Assembly (NCBI GenBank): GCA_047495785.1
Contig: JBLDXI010000009.1
Coordinates: 2,170,001-2,234,000 of the forward strand
Direction: 5' to 3'
DNA length: 64,000 nt
Source of the DNA: Lepidodermella squamata
Lineage: Eukaryota; Animalia; Gastrotricha
In this document: positions 58,318 through 64,000 of the stretch, in pieces
How positions within the stretch are numbered: the stretch's first letter is position 1
Layout of the letters: each line of letters opens with the position of its first letter
Notes under the pieces: model-generated
Seen by the model: only the letters and a program-made list of their open reading frames with translations
Told to the model about the DNA's origin: nothing
The model's database searches: none
Position numbers and translations under genes: made by a program

Positions 58318-61300
58318 TTATACACACGAAGTTGCTTCGCAAGTCGCGTTTTCATTCGAAGCGGCTAAAGCTTGCAATTCAATGCCTACTTCAGGCTTAG
58401 GAACAGTTGCTGGCACCAAATGTGGCGCGCTACACTGCGGTGAAGACGTGTTTAACAACGCCAAGCCGCAACGGACGCGAATTCTACGGCATATATTTTT
58501 CAGCGCGCCTAAAATATGCGAAAAGCCTATTTCAGGTCCAATTGTTTTAGAAACTAGCGGATGGTCTGAGGCGAGAGATGTCAGGAGTGGAGACACGAAT
58601 ATCGGATAGCCAAGCGGTTGGTCGCAACTCGAGTTGATCATATTCCGCAATACTTGCCTCGCGTTTTGAATCGAACCACGCTCTGGGTTTCGATTTCGGT
58701 AGAAAATCAGCTCTTGCTGCTGGCCGGCCCAAAGCCCGCGAACGCATTCTGAGTTCACTTTCACCAGACGAAACGCGAGTTGGGTGTACCGCAGGCTGAT
58801 CAGGCGGAAATCGTCCATAGCCGCGTCATCTTGAATCTGGCGAAGAGCTGTCATTGAGCTGCGACCGGCAAGAATCGACGCTCGCCATTGCGGGTCGGCT
58901 TCGTGGGAAATCAACCCAGTCGCATCATTGTCCAATCCGTCCATTGCTGTGTAAATCACCGAAGGGTCGGTATCTTCCGACCCGCCCGAGACGAAATACT
59001 CCTGCAATAGACGAATGGCGAGGCGAATTGAGGGCGCGACGACCTTTTGCAGCAATTCAACATCAGCCAATACCCAATCGTCCCTAGCCGCAGTTAGGCG
59101 AAGATCACCCTTGAGCATCGCATGAATGCCATGCAGCAAAAATTCGGTGGTAGTCAGTGACCCTCGAGCTGCCGTTGCCAACAGACGCCGACCAACGACT
59201 GCCAGCATGAAAGAAAACGCGATTAGCCGACGCTGGGATTCGGGGACTGCATTCGAATCAGACGCAGTAGAGTGTTCAGATTGGTGAGATAGAGAATTGA
59301 CATTTGTCAACTCGTTATGGCAGACTGATGCGCAAGGTTCGGCTGTTGGATTTTCGGCACTAGTTTGAGGCTGATTGGCTCGTTCGAGTCGGCTGTTACG
59401 GCGAGCAATACATTCGCGAACAAAAGACCCGTAGCGGTCGGAAAATCTTCGCAGACTGACTCCACCTTAAAATATTAGAAAATTATAGAAATGTAATAAG
59501 ATTAAATGATCAAGCAAAATTTAGGGAATTAATTTAAGCAAGGCTTCTCGAACTCAGTCATCGCACCATTTCCGGTCACCGCACAATGGAAAAGTAGTAA
59601 TCGAAATAAAGCATTTTTACTAAAATTTCAAGTATTTTCGGGCAGCTCTTCGGCGAAATCCTCAATAATCTTCGAAAATACTGAATTATTATATTATTTT
59701 ACGCCGAAAATTCTGTTAACAAAAAATAAAGTGGCCGGTAAAAGTGAAAATTTCCTCAGTGAGCGGTTTCTGAAGCGTTGAAATTTAAGCAAATTTGAAA
59801 ATAATCATGGGGTTCAGGGAAAAATTTGGGGTTGGGGTTTGAAAAATCCAGCTTAAATATGTAGTTAACTGCTCTAATTTCCCGTTTTTCAGTCACCCAA
59901 ACAACACAAATAGCCTACCTAGCAAAACGTCGTAATCATCGCTGACTGATGGAGCAAATGACATGTCTAAATCGCAATATTTGCTATGTGGCTCCGATAG
60001 AATCGTCGTAATCGTTGTTTGAACAGCCTCGCTCGACAGCCACGCGTCAAGGCGATTCGAATGAAGCGCGTAGAAAATCAACGATCTAACGTAATGCGAT
60101 AGAAATAGCCGTTTCAAATCATGCGAATCCAACAGGGTATGCGCTGGAGTTTCAGCCACACTGTAACCGGGCAGGACGTATTTCGACGCAATGACTCGCC
60201 ACGCGAGCCAACGCTGCTGAAACGTCGCGTTGAATGACAGGAAATTCGGCAAACGACCTGGGTTGCAACAGCAGAAAGACCGGTCAGAACCAGGCCATTC
60301 GCAAATCGCCTCCAGCTCTCGTTGCTGGCAATACGTACCCCTTAACTCTAAACCCCTCAGTTGAAACGTGACTAAACCGTTTCCGATCTCGACGATATGG
60401 ACCAGGGCGTTAAGGTGGTCGCTAGCGAGGATGAAACAATCGCCGGCATTGACCTCACCCCACCGGCCTAATATCAAACAGTCGCCGGCTAAATGCCGCC
60501 TTAACGACATAGCCAGTTGTTCGTAAAACACCGAATTCAAGTTATCAGGCGTGTCAGTTTGACTCGCAATAGGCCCCCGATCGCCGATGGATTGTAACTG
60601 AGACGCTAGCCGAGTATTCGAGTTATCCAACCGGCGAGTGTAGTAAGTTCTCTCCCAAAATTTGAGAGGACGCGGGTAGGACATGAGGAAGATCACCGAC
60701 CCCATGAATGGCTGAATCGGGGCGGAGATGAATGACGCTAACGCGGTTTGGCCAAGTAGGAATGCAGAATGTGGCAGTGATAACGGGTGAAAGAGCGCGT
60801 GGCAAACAGAGCCCCATGAAACTTGCCACGGAGCGCTGTAAACGATAACAAAATGCGCCTTCAGTGCCAACTCTCGCAGGCGATAGAAGCAAAACGAGGT
60901 GAGGAAGAGGTCAAATAGCAGTGTTTCACTTCGGAATGACGTCGAATGGGCAAGGTCGAAGTTGAATAGCAAGTGAGTGAACAAAATCAGCACCCATTGA
61001 TGGCCAGTTCCAGCATATGCCTGCCGAAACGCTCTCATCGCGAATAGACTCAACAACACTGCCCCGCCGACTGGGGTAAATTTCTCGGCTAAATACGTGG
61101 CGTAATTAGAAGAACCGGCCCAGTTGGACGGAGCGACTGAAATATTAACCGCACCCATCAGCAATATCACCAACAAAACATTTCGCTCGAAAAACGTCAA
61201 AATCGCCCACAGCCTTTCGTAAGCAGTCAACGGTGGTGGTTTTAAGGAGGCTGCATACGGCGTCCAACTCGACCTTAAAATCGGCGCCGCGACAAATCGC

Positions 61301-64000
61301 CACGGCAATTCGTGTCTCAGTTCGGGCAAAATGTAGTGAAGAAACAACCCCAAGAGTGCCTCGATATATATTAAGGTAGTTAATAGGGGTGGTCTATTGC
61401 CGCGATTTGACAACAGGGTGGAGACTTGGAGCGAAAAGACCAAAGCACCGGCAAGTAGTGTGACTAATATATCAGCCCGTAATCGGCTCATCATCGTCAC
61501 TCGCATTTGTTCGAACAACGGATCGTCCTCCTCATCATCATCGCCCTGCTTTTCACCCGGATTTTCGCCACTTTTCAGTGGCACCTGCTCGCTTTGATCA
61601 CACTCAACCGCGCGGTTTGCTCGGTTTTTCATCGTGGATTTTCGTTTTCTCGCTCGAAAATAGCGTTGGCAAGAAGTTAAAACCATGCTGAGAAATGAAG
61701 GCACCTCCGAGGGCTGTCGGCTCAAATGGTAAGAAAACGGTACGCAAATCGCGCAGAACACGGCTAGCCAAACCGAACGTTCCGCGTCTCGATCAATCAA
61801 CGTCAGATACGCAAATGGGGTAAGAACAGCGATCGAAATTAACGATCGAGCAACAGAAGTGATCCCACCGATTAGGCTTCCCAACCCAGATCCGCCGAAT
61901 AAATGAATATTGATTTGTTCGAGAAAACACGTCGTCGCCGTATTCAATTGCGCGAAAACGCCCAACGCGAACAAAATCGGGAAAATCAACAACAATATTC
62001 TTAAAATCGACGCGACACAAGTAACGAGCCAACTCGGGGGCGGTAAAGTCATGCCCCACATTGACAGAGAATTAGGTGTAGCCATCGGCATCCAGGTTGT
62101 TGACAGTAATAAAAACGAAGTCAGGCAGAAAAAAACTGGTCTGGTATAGGGCGTGAGTGGGTTGAAGCCGTGAACTGGCGACGCTGGGTCAGGTTGCACA
62201 GATTTGAATAGGGAAAATTGCGACGACGCCAAAACTACGACTAGGAGGAGAAATTCCAGATCGTGAAAGAAACCGTTAATGAGCAGTTGTCCGGCTAGGA
62301 TGGAACACGCCGCGGCTAGTAAGCCAACGAGGACGATTTCCCACAACGATCGCGTCGTGTCCATGAAAGCCATCAGTGAAAGGCGGTCGAAGTGAAGTTG
62401 CAAATCGAATTTGAGCTTTCCACGGTCGATTCGACACGTCACCCGACGCCGCTGTCTGACATGAGCACTCAAGGCCGAAGTCGAAGACGTCAAACGATTC
62501 GCTGGCACTCGAACTGGTTGACCAGCAAGAGTGCCCTAAATAGCAAAATCAAAATAATAAAAAAATCCTCCTTAAAAATTTCTCATTTCAAACCTGGCGA
62601 GTGAGCAGTCCTGTGACTAATCTCTCAAAGCTAGAAAATCGAGGAGGTCCGCCTCGACCAACAAGCCGCGTGAAAGTTTCATTTCCTTCACCAGCACCCG
62701 ATCGCTCATTGAGAAGGTAAGAATTCGGCGTCGAAACGGAGTCATTATCCCCGGCTGAAACGTTGACAGTGCTCGACGAGCTAGGAGAGTCATCATTAGG
62801 TAATGACGATGACATGCGAAGTCGAGTCGCTGAACTCTGGTTGCCATCGTTGTTTCTACCCGGGTGACGGACTGTTTCATGTTGCCGCTGCAACCTCTCT
62901 AACCTCCGATGTAATTCATGAAGCTCTAGGTCAGTCTCCTGCGATTCAGGATCAGCTAACCGTAATTCACCTAACAGCGTCCTCAGATCAGCCAATTGAG
63001 CCCGTAGTGATGGTCGGCGTACGTGACGATGGTGTTGCCGCGAAGGAGCTGCGACAATTTGTTGATTCTGAGCGTTTTCCTCCTCATTTTCGAACAACCA
63101 TTTCAGAGAAATTGCATCTTCCGTTGAGGTTCGATTAACTGTAGTTTCATCATCTGCAATGTAGTCAGCGTCTTGAGCTATTGACGACGAAGTCTTCCGT
63201 CTCTGACCGTAAATCCCACGGTCGCGATGAAGAAGCTCACGCTGCACTTCGAGGGGTAAATTTGTTTGAGAAAAACGAGCTACATCAACCATTTGTGACT
63301 CGGATTTAACGAAATCAAGAGCGCCAACTGAGTCGTCAAGCCGGCGATTCAGACCCATTGTAACAGTACTACTGACACTCTGATTCGCCCGGCCCTCTGA
63401 AACTCCAGCTGGTAGGAATGGCGTAGATTGAGCTGTGACTTTATTCATCCTATAATGCGGTTGCTCTTGGATTTGAATTTCTTTGCCTATAGTGTCGGCA
63501 ATCGTCGTACTGTCCGCTGAGGGTGATCTCAATGAAAGTAACGGCAAGGCTTGAAGAGAAGTACCACCGATTTCAGTGTCTATAAAAAGGTCAATAATGT
63601 CGATTCTAGTCAGAAAATTGAGAAAATATACCTGAAAAAGGTTCGTCCAAAGTAGGTTGTGAAAGCGCGGTTTCATTAGGGTACCATAAACGGTGATGAA
63701 GACGCATCGAAGGGGGAAGATTTGGAATAGCTCTGAAAAAACCACCTGCCCCTGCTAGACCATCCGCTGACTCCGCGGCCGGAGATGAAGCAGCGACTGG
63801 CTCTTTGAGGAAAGAAACATCATCCAGCCGAGTCTCAGCTATTATAACGCGACGCCGGGGTAGTAAAGTAGCAGAAGCTGCCCGTGATTTTGACGTTGTA
63901 TCAGTAGCTGAATGAGCGCGTCGTAATGTTCTTCTAGACGGTAGTCGTGCTAATATATGCTGCAAGGCATAGGACGGTGGTCTCCTTCGACCTGAGGGTC
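58318..64000 (-). CDS. PCNX: Pecanex (multi-exon; 5' end beyond the window)
   Basis: SLFKSVQPDPASPVHG, APWQVSWGS, RPLKFWER, NLNSVFYE, TFQLRGLELRGTYCQQRELEAI, ERGSIQNARQVLRNMINSSCDQPLGYPIFVSPL. Confidence 0.95.

Overview
Gene-dense animal (invertebrate-type) nuclear DNA with mostly ~50-60 nt GT-AG introns; I cannot name the species. From left to right: PPME1 (5' part), SMARCAL1 and Orai on the minus strand; a young 5'-truncated LINE with TSD; HIP1/Sla2 and an ANTH-less HIP1 paralog on plus; PIGC, METTL3 (tRNA-Ile in an intron) and a slicer-type Piwi on minus; a decayed piggyBac; six CYP2-clan P450 genes plus one remnant, with DDX52 embedded; COPS6 with an intronic Helitron; two RING-CH/2TM genes; an intronless, probably inactive trypsin-like protein of bacterial type; a lipase; two coiled-coil orphans; TYW1; and pecanex (3' part). 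The main findings are: (1) a 2.9-kb Piwi intron holding a microhomology-joined patchwork of Piwi coding fragments that differ from the host exon almost only at synonymous sites, bracketed by Tc1-like end repeats; (2) operon-like same-strand gene runs with ~90-140 nt spacers containing a poly(A) signal and an apparently unpaired splice acceptor, suggesting SL trans-splicing, including Piwi-METTL3-PIGC; (3) antisense TE fragments in other large introns; (4) a possible horizontally acquired pseudo-protease; (5) a tRNA-like structured insert in a CYP intron. Exon boundaries and substitution counts were read by eye and are approximate.
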